Under the pieces are notes generated by a model that worked only from the letters and a program-made list of their open reading frames with translations, had not been told where the DNA came from and did no database searches. A DNA stretch of 64,000 nt from Erysipelotrichaceae bacterium (GTDB lineage: Bacteria; Bacillota_I; Bacilli_A; Erysipelotrichales; Erysipelotrichaceae), in NCBI GenBank assembly GCA_017550145.1, contig JAFZQG010000015.1:73934-137933 (forward strand). The letters are read 5' to 3'. Made by a program: the position numbers and the translations under genes. Positions 17,019 through 26,659 of the stretch are shown piece after piece. Position 1 is the first letter of the stretch; each line of letters begins with the position of its first letter.

Positions 17019-20000
17019 TGAAAAATCTGAATATTATAAATCTAGTCGAAAAAACAGTGAATGATGCAGATCATTCTTTTTTAAGTTACAGTTCTCTGAC
17101 TGAAGAAGCCTTAAAGATCGTCATCAGAGCCAAGTCTTCAAAGAATCCTTTGATCGTCGTTAAAGAGAATGCCTATATGGCAGCCAGGTTAAGAGATATT
17201 CTGATTTCCTATTTTGATGAAGATGAGATCTGTTCCTATCTGCCTGAAGAATCATTAAGAGCCGAGGAGATCGCCTCTTCATTTGAAAACAGAGCCAACC
17301 GTCTCAATACCTTATATAAAATAATCAAAGACAATAAACTCAAAGTCATTCTGGTTTCTCCATACGGTCTGATCAGGCATCTTCCTTCTAAACAGGAATT
17401 GCTTGATTCGCTGATCAGAATCAGAAAGGATGATGTCTTAAATAAGGAAGATCTCTTGGACCAGCTCAAGAGGCTGGGCTATGAGAAGACCATCCACGTT
17501 GAAACGCCGATGACTTATGCTTCAAGAGGCTATATCGTCGATGTCTTCTCCGTTAATTATGAAAAACCGATCAGAATCGAATTCTTTGACGATATCGTCG
17601 ATTCCATCAGATTCTTCGACAATGACTCTCAAAGAACACTCGAACAGACTGATGAAGTTGAGATCTGTTTTGCGAAAGATGTCTTCTTTTCTGATGAGGA
17701 AAAGAAATATCTTGTCGAGAATGTCAAAGCTGAAAGCGGACAGGTCGAACTGGAACTGGAATACATTCAGAATGACATCTACAGACAGTCACAGTATTTC
17801 TATTACTGTTACTTCCAGAAGAATCATCTGAAGGATTATTTTGATGATGTTTCAATCTATCTGAGCGATGAGGAAAAGATCAACTCACATCTTAAGCTTC
17901 TGGCTGATGAAACGATCGCCTATATCCAGGAGATGCATGAAGAAAACAGACTGCCTTTGCGTTTCTATGTCTATGCGGAATTCCCAAGAGAAATTGCGAA
18001 GAGTGATCTGATTATCGGTCAGCCGTTTGCGAAAGCGCCGAAGATTGCGGAAATCGATTTCCCATATGGGACGACCGATTATGTCGCCAATGTCTTAAGC
18101 AATGAGAAAAGCAAGTATAAACTTGTTATTCTGAATGATAAACAGTGTGAAGAACTGATCAATTCGTTCATCAAACTTGATATTCCTTATACGATGTATA
18201 CCGATGCCTTAAAAGAGGGTATCAATGTTTCCTATGGCGAAGTATACGGAGGATTCAGAATTGATGATGAAGAACTCTCTGTCTATACGATCAGGGAACT
18301 TTTCAAGCAGCGTCCGCACAGCGGCCGTTATGCGAATAAGTATGCTGAAGCCAGAACTCTAAACTCCTATGAAGAATTAAAACGCGGCGATTATGTCGTT
18401 CATGATCAGTACGGTATCGGTCAGTATGTGGCGATCGAATCAAGGATCGTCAATGGCATTGAATGCGATTATCTCAAGATCATCTATAAAGGCAATGATG
18501 AACTTTTGGTTCCGTTATCCCAGTTCTCATTAGTCAGAAAATATGTATCCAAAGAAGGTGTTGTTCCTAAGCTTCATAAACTCGGATCCAAGGAATGGGT
18601 CGAAACCAAGAAGAGAGTTGAAGAAAGCGTCAACGACATTGCGGAAAAACTGATCGAACTCTACAGCATCCGTGATACCAATATCGGTTTTGCGTTCAGT
18701 AAGGACACGCCGATGCAGAAGGAATTCGAAGATACTTTTGAATATGAACTGACCAGTGATCAGATCACAGCGATCAGAGAAGTAAAAGAGGATATGGAAA
18801 AGCCTAAACCAATGGACCGTTTATTATGTGGCGATGTCGGTTTCGGTAAGACAGAAGTAGCCATCCGTGCTGCTTTTAAAGCGGTCAATGATGACAAACA
18901 GGTTGCCTATCTCTGTCCGACGACCATCCTTTCTTTCCAGCATTACGATACCTTTAAACGAAGATTTGAAAACTTCCCGGTCAGAGTTGAAATCCTGAAC
19001 CGTTATATTCCGGAAGACAGACAACGAAAAATACTTGAAGATCTCAAAGCCGGCAAGGTCGATATTTTGATCGGAACACATAGGATCCTGTCCAGTGACA
19101 TTGTCTATAAGGATCTAGGTTTACTGATCATCGATGAGGAACAGCGTTTCGGTGTCGAACATAAAGAGAAGATCAAACAGCTCAAGAATTCGATCGATGT
19201 GCTTTCTTTGAGTGCGACTCCGATCCCGAGGACCTTACAGATGTCTCTGATCGGCTTAAGAGGTCTTTCCACTCTGGATACCCCGCCGCAGAACCGTTAT
19301 CCTGTTCAGACTTATGTGGTCCATAAGAACGACAATCTGATCGAAGAAGTCATCATGAGAGAACTGGAAAGAAACGGACAGGTCTTCTATCTGTTCAACA
19401 ATGTCGATCTTATATATTCATTGGGAAACAAACTGCAGAGAAAACTCCCATATGCCAGAATCGGTATTGCGCATGGCCAGATGGATCGTAAACAGATCGA
19501 AGATATCATGTATAAATTTTATTCCAATGAGATAAATGTATTATTATGTACGACAATCATCGAAACCGGTCTGGATATTCCTAATGCCAACACGATCATC
19601 GTTGAGAACGCTCAGAACTTCGGTCTGTCTCAGCTGTATCAGATCAAGGGCAGAGTAGGAAGATCAGACCGTGTGGCTTATGCGTATCTGATGGTTCCGG
19701 AAAAGAAACAGCTGAATGAGAATTCAACGAAACGCCTTGAAGCGATAAAAGAATTTACCGCTTTAGGTTCAGGATATAAGATCGCCATGCGTGATCTGAC
19801 GATCAGAGGTGCCGGTGACTTATTAGGTGAGAAACAGTCAGGCTTTATCGACAATGTCGGTCTGGATCTTTATCTGGCGATGCTGAATAAGGCGATCTTA
19901 AAAGCCAAGGGTGAAGAAGTCAAAGAAGAGGAAGCTAAACCTGTCGTCAACGTTCCGTTGTCGAGCTATATCCCTGATTCCTTCTCCGATAACGATTATG

Positions 20001-20395
20001 ATAAACTGTCTTTGTATCATGAACTGTATGATATAAGCACCAAAGAAGATCTGTTTGATTACTATCTGAAGATCACTGATGAATACGGCAAACTTCCGAA
20101 AGAAGTCGAGGCCTTATTTGAAAAGAAGAAGCTTGAACTCTTATGCAATCTTAATCTGATCGATAAGGTAAGCAATACGAAAGGTATGTTTACAGTAGTC
20201 CTGTCCAAGGATTACTCCGATCGCATTGACGGGGTTAAACTGTTTGAATATGTGAACAGTCTGTCCAAGGATATGAATATTTCCTATAAGAATTCCAAAC
20301 TGATCATCTCTTTAGATAATCAGCGGGTAAATGTCGACAAGATGCTGAAACTGGTCGACAATCTTGATAAACTGGAGAAAAATGAGAATCGATAA
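17018..20395 (+). CDS. mfd: transcription-repair coupling factor
   Basis: 1125 aa. CarD-like [12 protein letters not shown], helicase motifs [38 protein letters not shown]. Confidence 0.95.
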   Translation: MKNLNIINLVEKTVNDADHSFLSYSSLTEEALKIVIRAKSSKNPLIVVKENAYMAARLRDILISYFDEDEICSYLPEESLRAEEIASSFENRANRLNTLYKIIKDNKLKVILVSPYGLIRHLPSKQELLDSLIRIRKDDVLNKEDLLDQLKRLGYEKTIHVETPMTYASRGYIVDVFSVNYEKPIRIEFFDDIVDSIRFFDNDSQRTLEQTDEVEICFAKDVFFSDEEKKYLVENVKAESGQVELELEYIQNDIYRQSQYFYYCYFQKNHLKDYFDDVSIYLSDEEKINSHLKLLADETIAYIQEMHEENRLPLRFYVYAEFPREIAKSDLIIGQPFAKAPKIAEIDFPYGTTDYVANVLSNEKSKYKLVILNDKQCEELINSFIKLDIPYTMYTDALKEGINVSYGEVYGGFRIDDEELSVYTIRELFKQRPHSGRYANKYAEARTLNSYEELKRGDYVVHDQYGIGQYVAIESRIVNGIECDYLKIIYKGNDELLVPLSQFSLVRKYVSKEGVVPKLHKLGSKEWVETKKRVEESVNDIAEKLIELYSIRDTNIGFAFSKDTPMQKEFEDTFEYELTSDQITAIREVKEDMEKPKPMDRLLCGDVGFGKTEVAIRAAFKAVNDDKQVAYLCPTTILSFQHYDTFKRRFENFPVRVEILNRYIPEDRQRKILEDLKAGKVDILIGTHRILSSDIVYKDLGLLIIDEEQRFGVEHKEKIKQLKNSIDVLSLSATPIPRTLQMSLIGLRGLSTLDTPPQNRYPVQTYVVHKNDNLIEEVIMRELERNGQVFYLFNNVDLIYSLGNKLQRKLPYARIGIAHGQMDRKQIEDIMYKFYSNEINVLLCTTIIETGLDIPNANTIIVENAQNFGLSQLYQIKGRVGRSDRVAYAYLMVPEKKQLNENSTKRLEAIKEFTALGSGYKIAMRDLTIRGAGDLLGEKQSGFIDNVGLDLYLAMLNKAILKAKGEEVKEEEAKPVVNVPLSSYIPDSFSDNDYDKLSLYHELYDISTKEDLFDYYLKITDEYGKLPKEVEALFEKKKLELLCNLNLIDKVSNTKGMFTVVLSKDYSDRIDGVKLFEYVNSLSKDMNISYKNSKLIISLDNQRVNVDKMLKLVDNLDKLEKNENR

Positions 20396-20657
20396 ATATC
20401 TTAAAGTAGCAAGGATCCTCAAAAGAAGAGAAGTCGGAAAACAGTTGGCGCTCAACGAGCGTCTTTTCATCAACGAAAGAACAGCCAAGGCCGCCAGCGA
20501 AGTCAAACCGGGAGATACTATCCGAATCGTTTTCGGCCATCGTGAGATCCTGATCAGAGTATTGGAAGTCAGAGATTCCGCTTCCAAGGAACAGGCTTTC
20601 GGAATGTATGAGATTCTGGAAGAAAAGAAAGAAGAATCCGTAAAAGAAGAAATATGA
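20382..20657 (+). CDS. S4-domain RNA-binding protein (YabO/Hsp15-like)
   Basis: [16 protein letters not shown] is a typical S4 N-terminus. SD GGAGAAAA. Overlaps the mfd 3-prime end by 14 nt. Confidence 0.8.
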   Translation: MRIDKYLKVARILKRREVGKQLALNERLFINERTAKAASEVKPGDTIRIVFGHREILIRVLEVRDSASKEQAFGMYEILEEKKEESVKEEI

Positions 20658-21589
20658 TCGCTACTATGACACTTAATCCTTCAATCGACTACATCATCAA
20701 GGTGGAAGATTTTAAGGAAGGAGAAATAAACCGTACCATCTACGAACATCTTCTGCCCGGAGGCAAGGGGCTGAATGTTTCGATCGTTCTAAAGAACCTA
20801 GGACACGAAAGTACCGCCTTTGGTTTTGTGTCGGGTTTTACCGGTATTGAGATCGAAAGAAGACTCTCAGAGTTCGGTGTAAAGAATGATTTCGTTAATG
20901 TCAAAGACGGATACAGCCGGATCAATGTCAAGATGAGATCGAAATGCGAAACCGAGATCAACGGAATGGGTCCGAAGATTGATGAAGAAGAAATCAATCA
21001 ACTGTTCGCAAAACTCGATGGATTAAAGGAGAATGATATATTAGTCATCTCTGGAAGTGTACCTGTAAGTCTTCCTAAGGATATCTATAAACAGATATTA
21101 GACAGATTAAAGGATAAGGGAATTCTGTTTGTCGTAGACAGCAGCGGTGAACTGTTAAGCAGTGTACTTGAATATAAACCGTTTCTGATCAAACCGAATA
21201 ATCTGGAACTGGCGGAACTGTTTAATACAGAATTGAACAGCAGAGAAGATGTTATTCCGTATGCGAAAAAGTTACAGGAAAAAGGTGCACGCAATGTCCT
21301 GGTTTCCCTGTCGGAAAAGGGAGCTGTACTGTTAAGCGAAGATGGCAAAGTATTTATGTCTGATGCGCCGAAAGGCGAACTGGTCAATTCCGTCGGAGCG
21401 GGAGATTCGATGTTGGCAGGGTTCATTGCAGGATATCTGGAAAAGAATGATTATAAATATGCCTTTTATAAAGGACTGTGTGCCGGATCGGCCAGTGCAT
21501 TCTCTGCCGATCTTGCGGATCAGGCTGCAGTTGATGCCCTGATGGACTCATGCCCTGATGGACTCATTTTCACTTTAAGGAATTATTAG
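20654..21589 (+). CDS. fruK: 1-phosphofructokinase / tagatose-6-phosphate kinase (PfkB family)
   Basis: TLNPSIDY N-terminus, GGKGLNVS, and C-terminal GAGDSMLAGF. The 3-prime end carries a 16-bp tandem duplication. Confidence 0.82.
   Translation: MIATMTLNPSIDYIIKVEDFKEGEINRTIYEHLLPGGKGLNVSIVLKNLGHESTAFGFVSGFTGIEIERRLSEFGVKNDFVNVKDGYSRINVKMRSKCETEINGMGPKIDEEEINQLFAKLDGLKENDILVISGSVPVSLPKDIYKQILDRLKDKGILFVVDSSGELLSSVLEYKPFLIKPNNLELAELFNTELNSREDVIPYAKKLQEKGARNVLVSLSEKGAVLLSEDGKVFMSDAPKGELVNSVGAGDSMLAGFIAGYLEKNDYKYAFYKGLCAGSASAFSADLADQAAVDALMDSCPDGLIFTLRNY
21534..21566 (+). repeat. perfect 16-bp tandem duplication (TGCCCTGATGGACTCA x2) inside the fruK 3-prime end
   Basis: Copies at 21535-21550 and 21551-21566. 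The unit length is not a multiple of 3, so the C-terminal reading frame changes. Confidence 0.95.
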
Positions 21590-21595
21590 TATAAT
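21590..21595 (+). promoter_or_regulatory. TATAAT box 6 nt upstream of the divIC-like ATG (possible leaderless start)
   Basis: TATAAT at 21590-21595, TTTTCA at 21567-21572 with a 17-bp spacer, ATG at 21602, no SD. Confidence 0.4.
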
Positions 21596-21601
21596 ATTTG
21601 T

Positions 21602-21898
21602 ATGGCTAAAAAGAAGAAAAAGACGAAGGCTATTATTTCGAAGCTGATCTCCATTGCCCTGATCATTATGGCGATTGCGATCCTTATCGGAGTCTTACAG
21701 AAGATCTACAACATGTTCGCTCTCCAGCAGCAGGCCAAAATGGTGGAAGCCGAACTGCAGGCTTTAAGAGATGAGAATGCCTCACTTACTTCCACAAAAG
21801 AAAAACTTGAGGATCCGGACTATGTCCAGACTTATGCCCGGGGTGAATACATGTTCTCAAAAGGTGATGAGAAAGTCTTTTATCTGCCTGGAGATTAA
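21602..21898 (+). CDS. divIC: septum formation initiator (DivIC/FtsB family)
   Basis: 98 aa. K-rich N-terminus, one TM helix, coiled coil QQQAKMVEAELQALRDEN, then DPDYVQTYARGEY motif. Confidence 0.72.
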   Translation: MAKKKKKTKAIISKLISIALIIMAIAILIGVLQKIYNMFALQQQAKMVEAELQALRDENASLTSTKEKLEDPDYVQTYARGEYMFSKGDEKVFYLPGD

Positions 21899-21929
21899 TC
21901 AGAAAATATAGAAATAACGACTTAATTTT

Positions 21930-21950
21930 GCGGTTTTGACCGTTTTTTTT
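21930..21950 (+). terminator. weak intrinsic terminator after divIC
   Basis: Short CGGT-tttg-ACCG stem followed by a T8 run. Confidence 0.4.
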
Positions 21951-22006
21951 ATTTTGGGGTTAGGTATAAGCCATTTTTTCGCAAATAATGAGTAGGAGGA
22001 TTTTCT

Positions 22007-22195
22007 ATGATGATTTTAGCTAATGCAACAGAAATGAAAAACATGTTCGGTAAATACCTGGATCTGGCAATGAAAAACGGTGAAGTTCATATTGTCAAAC
22101 ACGGTGAGATTGTCGCCCGACTGGTGGCGAGTAACGGAAAGAAGTCTTATCTGGCGGATAACCTGAGCGGAATCGGAGATCCTAAAAACCGATGA
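22007..22195 (+). CDS. Phd/YefM-like antitoxin-type small protein
   Basis: 62 aa. ATEMKNMFGKYLDLAMKNGEVHIVKHGEIVARLV resembles the Phd/YefM N-terminal fold pattern. SD AGGAGG. ATGA overlap with the next ORF. Confidence 0.5.
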   Translation: MMILANATEMKNMFGKYLDLAMKNGEVHIVKHGEIVARLVASNGKKSYLADNLSGIGDPKNR

Positions 22196-22614
22196 AAGTG
22201 CTGTTTGTTGAAGACGTACTGCTGGATGTGATCAGAGCTAAAGAAAGAAACAATGATACGCTTTTTCTCTTAAACTGCTGTGAGGATCATCTGATTAGCG
22301 GTTATGTTTCAACCTATTCGCTGATTATGATCCTGAAACAGTTTGATTACCCGACTGATGATCATATTCTTAAGATCATGTCCAATCTGCTGGAGATTAT
22401 TGAAATCAAAACCAAGGATATACGCAAAGCTACTCAGGATGAATATTTCTGGAAAGGTTTTTACAGTTGTTTAATAAACAGATATGGTTTTGACTATATC
22501 GTAAGCAGACACAAAATCGGATTCAATCATAGTAAAATAGAACTGATAGATCCGAAAGAACTGAGGAAATTAATCGAAAATGGAAAAACAGATAAGCAGA
22601 GAAGAAATCTATAA
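22192..22614 (+). CDS. hypothetical protein, possibly a degenerate PIN-like toxin partner
   Basis: 140 aa. 4-nt overlap with the upstream small gene. N-terminal VLFVEDVLLDV and C-terminal GFDYIVSRH loosely follow the PIN layout, but the canonical acidic residues are not all present. Confidence 0.35.
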   Translation: MKVLFVEDVLLDVIRAKERNNDTLFLLNCCEDHLISGYVSTYSLIMILKQFDYPTDDHILKIMSNLLEIIEIKTKDIRKATQDEYFWKGFYSCLINRYGFDYIVSRHKIGFNHSKIELIDPKELRKLIENGKTDKQRRNL

Positions 22615-23107
22615 CGGTAAAGTAATTCATGTGGTCAAAGATGAAGTCGAACTTGATGATGGGACCAGATCTTTAAGAGAAGTGGTCTTGCATAACGGCG
22701 GCGTCTGTATCGCTTTAAATAAAGGCGGTTATTACTACATGGTAAAACAGTACCGCTATTCATTAGGCAAGGACATGCTGGAATTCCCGGCCGGTAAGAT
22801 CGAAAAGGATGAGGAACCTGATAAGGCGATCTTAAGAGAAGTCGTGGAAGAGACAGGTTATGAAGCAGTCAATGTGAGAAAACTTGGTGTGATCGTTCCG
22901 ACCTGCGGATACTGTTCTGAGAAGATCCATCTTTATTACGGTGAAGCCGGTGAAAAAGTAGGCCAGCATTTTGATGCAGATGAAAGAATAGATCTGTATA
23001 AATACACCTATAAAGAAATCGCAGAGATGGTCAGAAACAATGAGATCGATGACTCCAAGACGATCGCTTTAATGTATTATCTGAAACTGAATGGTATCGA
23101 TGAGTAA
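22580..23107 (+). CDS. NUDIX hydrolase, ADP-ribose pyrophosphatase type
   Basis: Nudix box GKIEKDEEPDKAILREVVEETG. N-terminal EEIYNGKVIHVVKDEVELDDG is typical of NudF. Overlaps the upstream ORF by 35 nt. Confidence 0.85.
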   Translation: MEKQISREEIYNGKVIHVVKDEVELDDGTRSLREVVLHNGGVCIALNKGGYYYMVKQYRYSLGKDMLEFPAGKIEKDEEPDKAILREVVEETGYEAVNVRKLGVIVPTCGYCSEKIHLYYGEAGEKVGQHFDADERIDLYKYTYKEIAEMVRNNEIDDSKTIALMYYLKLNGIDE

Positions 23108-23882
23108 TTTCGAGAATCTCATAAATAATGTTCCAAAGAAAAACGATAAAGTCAGAGATTATTTTCTGAACTTTTTCACTAAGAAGAATTTTAAGGAATA
23201 TGAAATCGATCCATCAGCCGGTCCTGACAGTGTCAAGGCTATTAAAACGATGTTTGAATCAAAGAAGGATCTGGAAGAAAGAACCGATCTGGCTTTCTCC
23301 TATGATCCTTTATGTCTGGAGGCTTTCTTTGTCTATTTCATCACTACGGATGATGCCTTTGTGAATTTCCGTTTCAAAACCTACTATGGTATGATCAACA
23401 GTTATGCCGATCTGCCGATATATCAGAAGAAGTCTTATCTCAGGATCCTGGAATTTTATGTGGAGTTTCTACTGGATCTGCATAACTATACGACAGCAAT
23501 CAAGATCCAGCGTCAGATCATCAGACTAAGCAAACATTATTCCCGCAAGAACATCAACCGTCTTTCATATATGTACAGTACGATCGAAGAGGCCGATGAT
23601 TTCTACAGACTGTATCTGGATGCGGAATTTGATGGCTACGATTATCTGATGCTGATAGTGACTCTGCTGAAACACGAAGATGAATTAAGAGCCAAGGAAG
23701 TCGTTCTGGACATGTTCAAAAACATCCCTTGTTCCACATATCTTGATCATATGTGGGAGCTGTATCAGAAGGACAAGGAGCAGCATAACTTCTATCTGCT
23801 TGTGGAAGAATGCATCAATGAACTCAATTCCGTTCCTGATTTCTTCTCTTTTGTCAGCAGAATCCGTGAGAGCGCCGTATAA
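23100..23882 (+). CDS. hypothetical helical protein
   Basis: ~260 aa. The start is either 23091 or 23100 (ATGAGTAA overlap with the nudix stop). No family recognised. Confidence 0.5.
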   Translation: MSNFENLINNVPKKNDKVRDYFLNFFTKKNFKEYEIDPSAGPDSVKAIKTMFESKKDLEERTDLAFSYDPLCLEAFFVYFITTDDAFVNFRFKTYYGMINSYADLPIYQKKSYLRILEFYVEFLLDLHNYTTAIKIQRQIIRLSKHYSRKNINRLSYMYSTIEEADDFYRLYLDAEFDGYDYLMLIVTLLKHEDELRAKEVVLDMFKNIPCSTYLDHMWELYQKDKEQHNFYLLVEECINELNSVPDFFSFVSRIRESAV

Positions 23883-23901
23883 GCATTCCCAAACTATTAA
23901 G

Positions 23902-23910
23902 TGTTATAAT
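23902..23910 (+). promoter_or_regulatory. extended -10 box TGtTATAAT positioned for a leaderless transcript
   Basis: TATAAT at 23905-23910 and ATG at 23918. The 7-nt gap has no SD. Confidence 0.45.
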
Positions 23911-23917
23911 ACTTTAT

Positions 23918-24214
23918 ATGAATATTGATATTGAAAAAATCAGTGAGATCAAAGATGAACTGCATGATCTGAAAGACAACGATGTGCTTTTTATCGATGA
24001 AGAAGGCAAGACTAAATACGCTGTGATGAACGTCGAAATGTTCGACAACATCGAAGACGTACTGATGATGCTGAATTCTTCGACCGGCGCATCTGTCAGG
24101 ATCGCTTCACCTGATGATATCGATCTCAGCTATGAGGAGTATGAAAGAATCAAGAGACAGATCCTGGAAGCTGTCGAAAAGACTTTCATGCCGAAACCGG
24201 AGAAACTTAACTGA
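23918..24214 (+). CDS. hypothetical small acidic protein, Phd/YefM-antitoxin-like N-terminus
   Basis: 98 aa. DVLFIDEEGKTKYAVMNVEMFDNIEDV resembles the antitoxin beta-strand pattern. TGATG-type junction with tmk. No toxin partner nearby. Confidence 0.4.
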   Translation: MNIDIEKISEIKDELHDLKDNDVLFIDEEGKTKYAVMNVEMFDNIEDVLMMLNSSTGASVRIASPDDIDLSYEEYERIKRQILEAVEKTFMPKPEKLN

Positions 24215-24837
24215 TGAAGGGCCTGTTCATCACTTTTGAAGGTCCTGATGGTTCAGGCAAGACCACTGTTGCAACTGAGGTCTGCAAGCAGTTAACGGAA
24301 ATGGGTTATGAAGTAGTTCATACCCGAGAACCGGGCGGTATTGCCATCTCCGAAGATATCAGAAACATCATTCTTGATCCGAAGAATACCATGATGGATG
24401 CCAAGACCGAGGCACTTCTTTATGCTGCCTCAAGACGCCAGCACTTAGTGGAAAAAGTCTTTCCGGCTGTGGCAGCAGGCAAACTCGTAATCTGCGAAAG
24501 ATTTGTCGATTCATCTCTTGCCTACCAGGGCTATGGACGTCAGCTGGGCTTTGATGAAGTCCTGTCAATAAATCTCTTTGCGATCGATAATACCTATCCG
24601 GATCTGACAATCTATCTTGATGTCGATGAGGAAGTCGGTTTAAGCAGACTTTCCGATCGGGCTTTCAAGGATCGTCTGGATCAGGAATCGATCGAATTCC
24701 ATCATCGTGTTTCTGAAGGTTACAGAGAAGTACTACGCCGTTTTAAAGACCGCATCAAGATCGTTGATGCTTCAAGAAGCAAGGAAGAAGTAATCGCGGA
24801 TTCTTTAAAACTGATCAGAGAAATGATAGATGATTAA
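24214..24837 (+). CDS. tmk: thymidylate kinase
   Basis: FITFEGPDGSGKTT P-loop, REPGG, and DRFVDSSLAYQG-like CERFVDSSLAYQG. Confidence 0.93.
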   Translation: MKGLFITFEGPDGSGKTTVATEVCKQLTEMGYEVVHTREPGGIAISEDIRNIILDPKNTMMDAKTEALLYAASRRQHLVEKVFPAVAAGKLVICERFVDSSLAYQGYGRQLGFDEVLSINLFAIDNTYPDLTIYLDVDEEVGLSRLSDRAFKDRLDQESIEFHHRVSEGYREVLRRFKDRIKIVDASRSKEEVIADSLKLIREMIDD

Positions 24838-25798
24838 GGAACAGTTACAGGAAAGTGAACCGATCGCGTATCGGAGTTTAAAGAATGCCTTGATGAATGA
24901 TAAAGTAGCGCACAGCTACTTATTTTCTGGTGAATACAATCCTTTAAAGATCGAAGCTGCTTATCTGTTGGCTCAGTCGATCGTTGAAGGAAAAGATGAC
25001 TTCGCATGTGAGACCTGCGATACCTGTAAGAGAATCAGAAAGAACGAATACTTTGATGTGATCTATGTTGACGGATATAAGCAGAGTATCCGAAAAGATG
25101 ATATCGAAAACATCCTCGACGAATTCTCCAGAACTTCTTTGGAGTCTTCAGGCAAGAAAGTCTACATTCTTGCGAATATCAATAATGCTTCTTTAAAGGT
25201 TCTGAATATGATACTCAAGTTCATGGAAGAACCGACCAATTCGCATACCTACGGTATCTTTATTTCTGACCGCAAAGAAGATCTCTTACCGACGATCGTT
25301 TCCCGCTGTCAGGAAATACCTTTCCTGACTAGAGACTTTTCTTTTCTGATCAATAAATATACGGAGAACGGTTTTGATGAGACTGATGCTTATCTTTTGG
25401 CCAATATCCTGCATAAGTATGATCCGGATTTTGATCTGAACGATCCGTTCTATCTGACAGCCAAAGAATATGTCTACAAGACCATCGATAATCTTGGTCA
25501 GAAAGAATATCTACCGGTGCTTTTCTATAAGGAGTTCTATCCTTCATTCAAGGACCGTGATGATTTCCGTAAATGTGTCGATTACTATCTGGCCATCATG
25601 ATCAGAATGATCGAAGATGCCTTATCCGATAAGTATACAAACGACGTTGAATACAACAATCATCTCGATCTGATCAGAACTCATAATCCGGCCAGACTCT
25701 TACAGATTTTTGAAGAAGCAAGTGACAAAATCTTACTTTCCGCAGAACGTAAACTGCTGTTTGACTCAATCAGTTATGAGATAATATCATATATTTAA
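24830..25798 (+). CDS. holB: DNA polymerase III subunit delta-prime
   Basis: AHSYLFSG, zinc module CETCDTCKR, SRCQEIPF. Position after tmk matches Bacillus. Confidence 0.85.
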   Translation: MIKEQLQESEPIAYRSLKNALMNDKVAHSYLFSGEYNPLKIEAAYLLAQSIVEGKDDFACETCDTCKRIRKNEYFDVIYVDGYKQSIRKDDIENILDEFSRTSLESSGKKVYILANINNASLKVLNMILKFMEEPTNSHTYGIFISDRKEDLLPTIVSRCQEIPFLTRDFSFLINKYTENGFDETDAYLLANILHKYDPDFDLNDPFYLTAKEYVYKTIDNLGQKEYLPVLFYKEFYPSFKDRDDFRKCVDYYLAIMIRMIEDALSDKYTNDVEYNNHLDLIRTHNPARLLQIFEEASDKILLSAERKLLFDSISYEIISYI

Positions 25799-25807
25799 AG
25801 GTGAATT

Positions 25808-26659
25808 ATGGAAGAAAAAATCAGATATATATCAGTCAGATTTGAAACAACGAATAAGACCTATACGTTTTCCACAACTGACGATTCAATAAAGAATAAC
25901 GACGCTGTCGTCGTTGAAACACAACGCGGAATCGAATACTCAACTGTCGTATCCGATCCTTTTGAGAAACCGAATATTTCATTGGAAATCAAACCGATCA
26001 TCCGCAAGGCAACAAACGAAGACAAGAAACAGTTTGAAAGAAACAAGGAAGATGCCGTTGAAGCAAGACAGATCTGTCAGGAAGAATCAGACAATCTGGA
26101 ACTGCAGATGAATGTCATCTCTGCTGAATATACACTCGATAGAGCCAAGATTACTTTTACGTATCTGGCCGATGATCGTGTAGACTTCAGAGAACTGCTT
26201 AAAGTATTGGCTTCGATTTTCCATTGCCGTATCGATTTAAGACAGGTCGGTACCAGAGACAAGGCCAAGATGGTTTCCGGAATCGGTGTCTGCGGCAGAG
26301 AACTATGCTGTGCCCGTTTCATCGGTGACTTTGACCGTATTTCCATCAATATGGCCAAGAATCAGCTGCTGGCATTGAATATCCAGAAACTCTCCGGACA
26401 GTGCGGCAATCTGATGTGCTGTCTGCGTTTTGAGGATGATGCCTATAAAGATCTCAGAAAAGATCTGCCGAAGCTCAATTCCCAGGTCGAATACGAAGGT
26501 GAACGTTTCCGTATCACTTCAATGAATGTCATTGCCAAGAACTGCAAACTTGAGAATCCTGAACATGCGATCTTCATCTCTCTGGATGATCTGATCGCCA
26601 AAGGCAAATACAATAAACCACAGAAGAAAGAAGAAAAAGAAAGTGTCGCTGAACAATAA
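25808..26659 (+). CDS. ricT: PSP1-domain protein RicT/YaaT
   Basis: PSP1 domain with Cys clusters GVCGRELCCARF and GQCGNLMCCLRFE. Confidence 0.88.
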   Translation: MEEKIRYISVRFETTNKTYTFSTTDDSIKNNDAVVVETQRGIEYSTVVSDPFEKPNISLEIKPIIRKATNEDKKQFERNKEDAVEARQICQEESDNLELQMNVISAEYTLDRAKITFTYLADDRVDFRELLKVLASIFHCRIDLRQVGTRDKAKMVSGIGVCGRELCCARFIGDFDRISINMAKNQLLALNIQKLSGQCGNLMCCLRFEDDAYKDLRKDLPKLNSQVEYEGERFRITSMNVIAKNCKLENPEHAIFISLDDLIAKGKYNKPQKKEEKESVAEQ

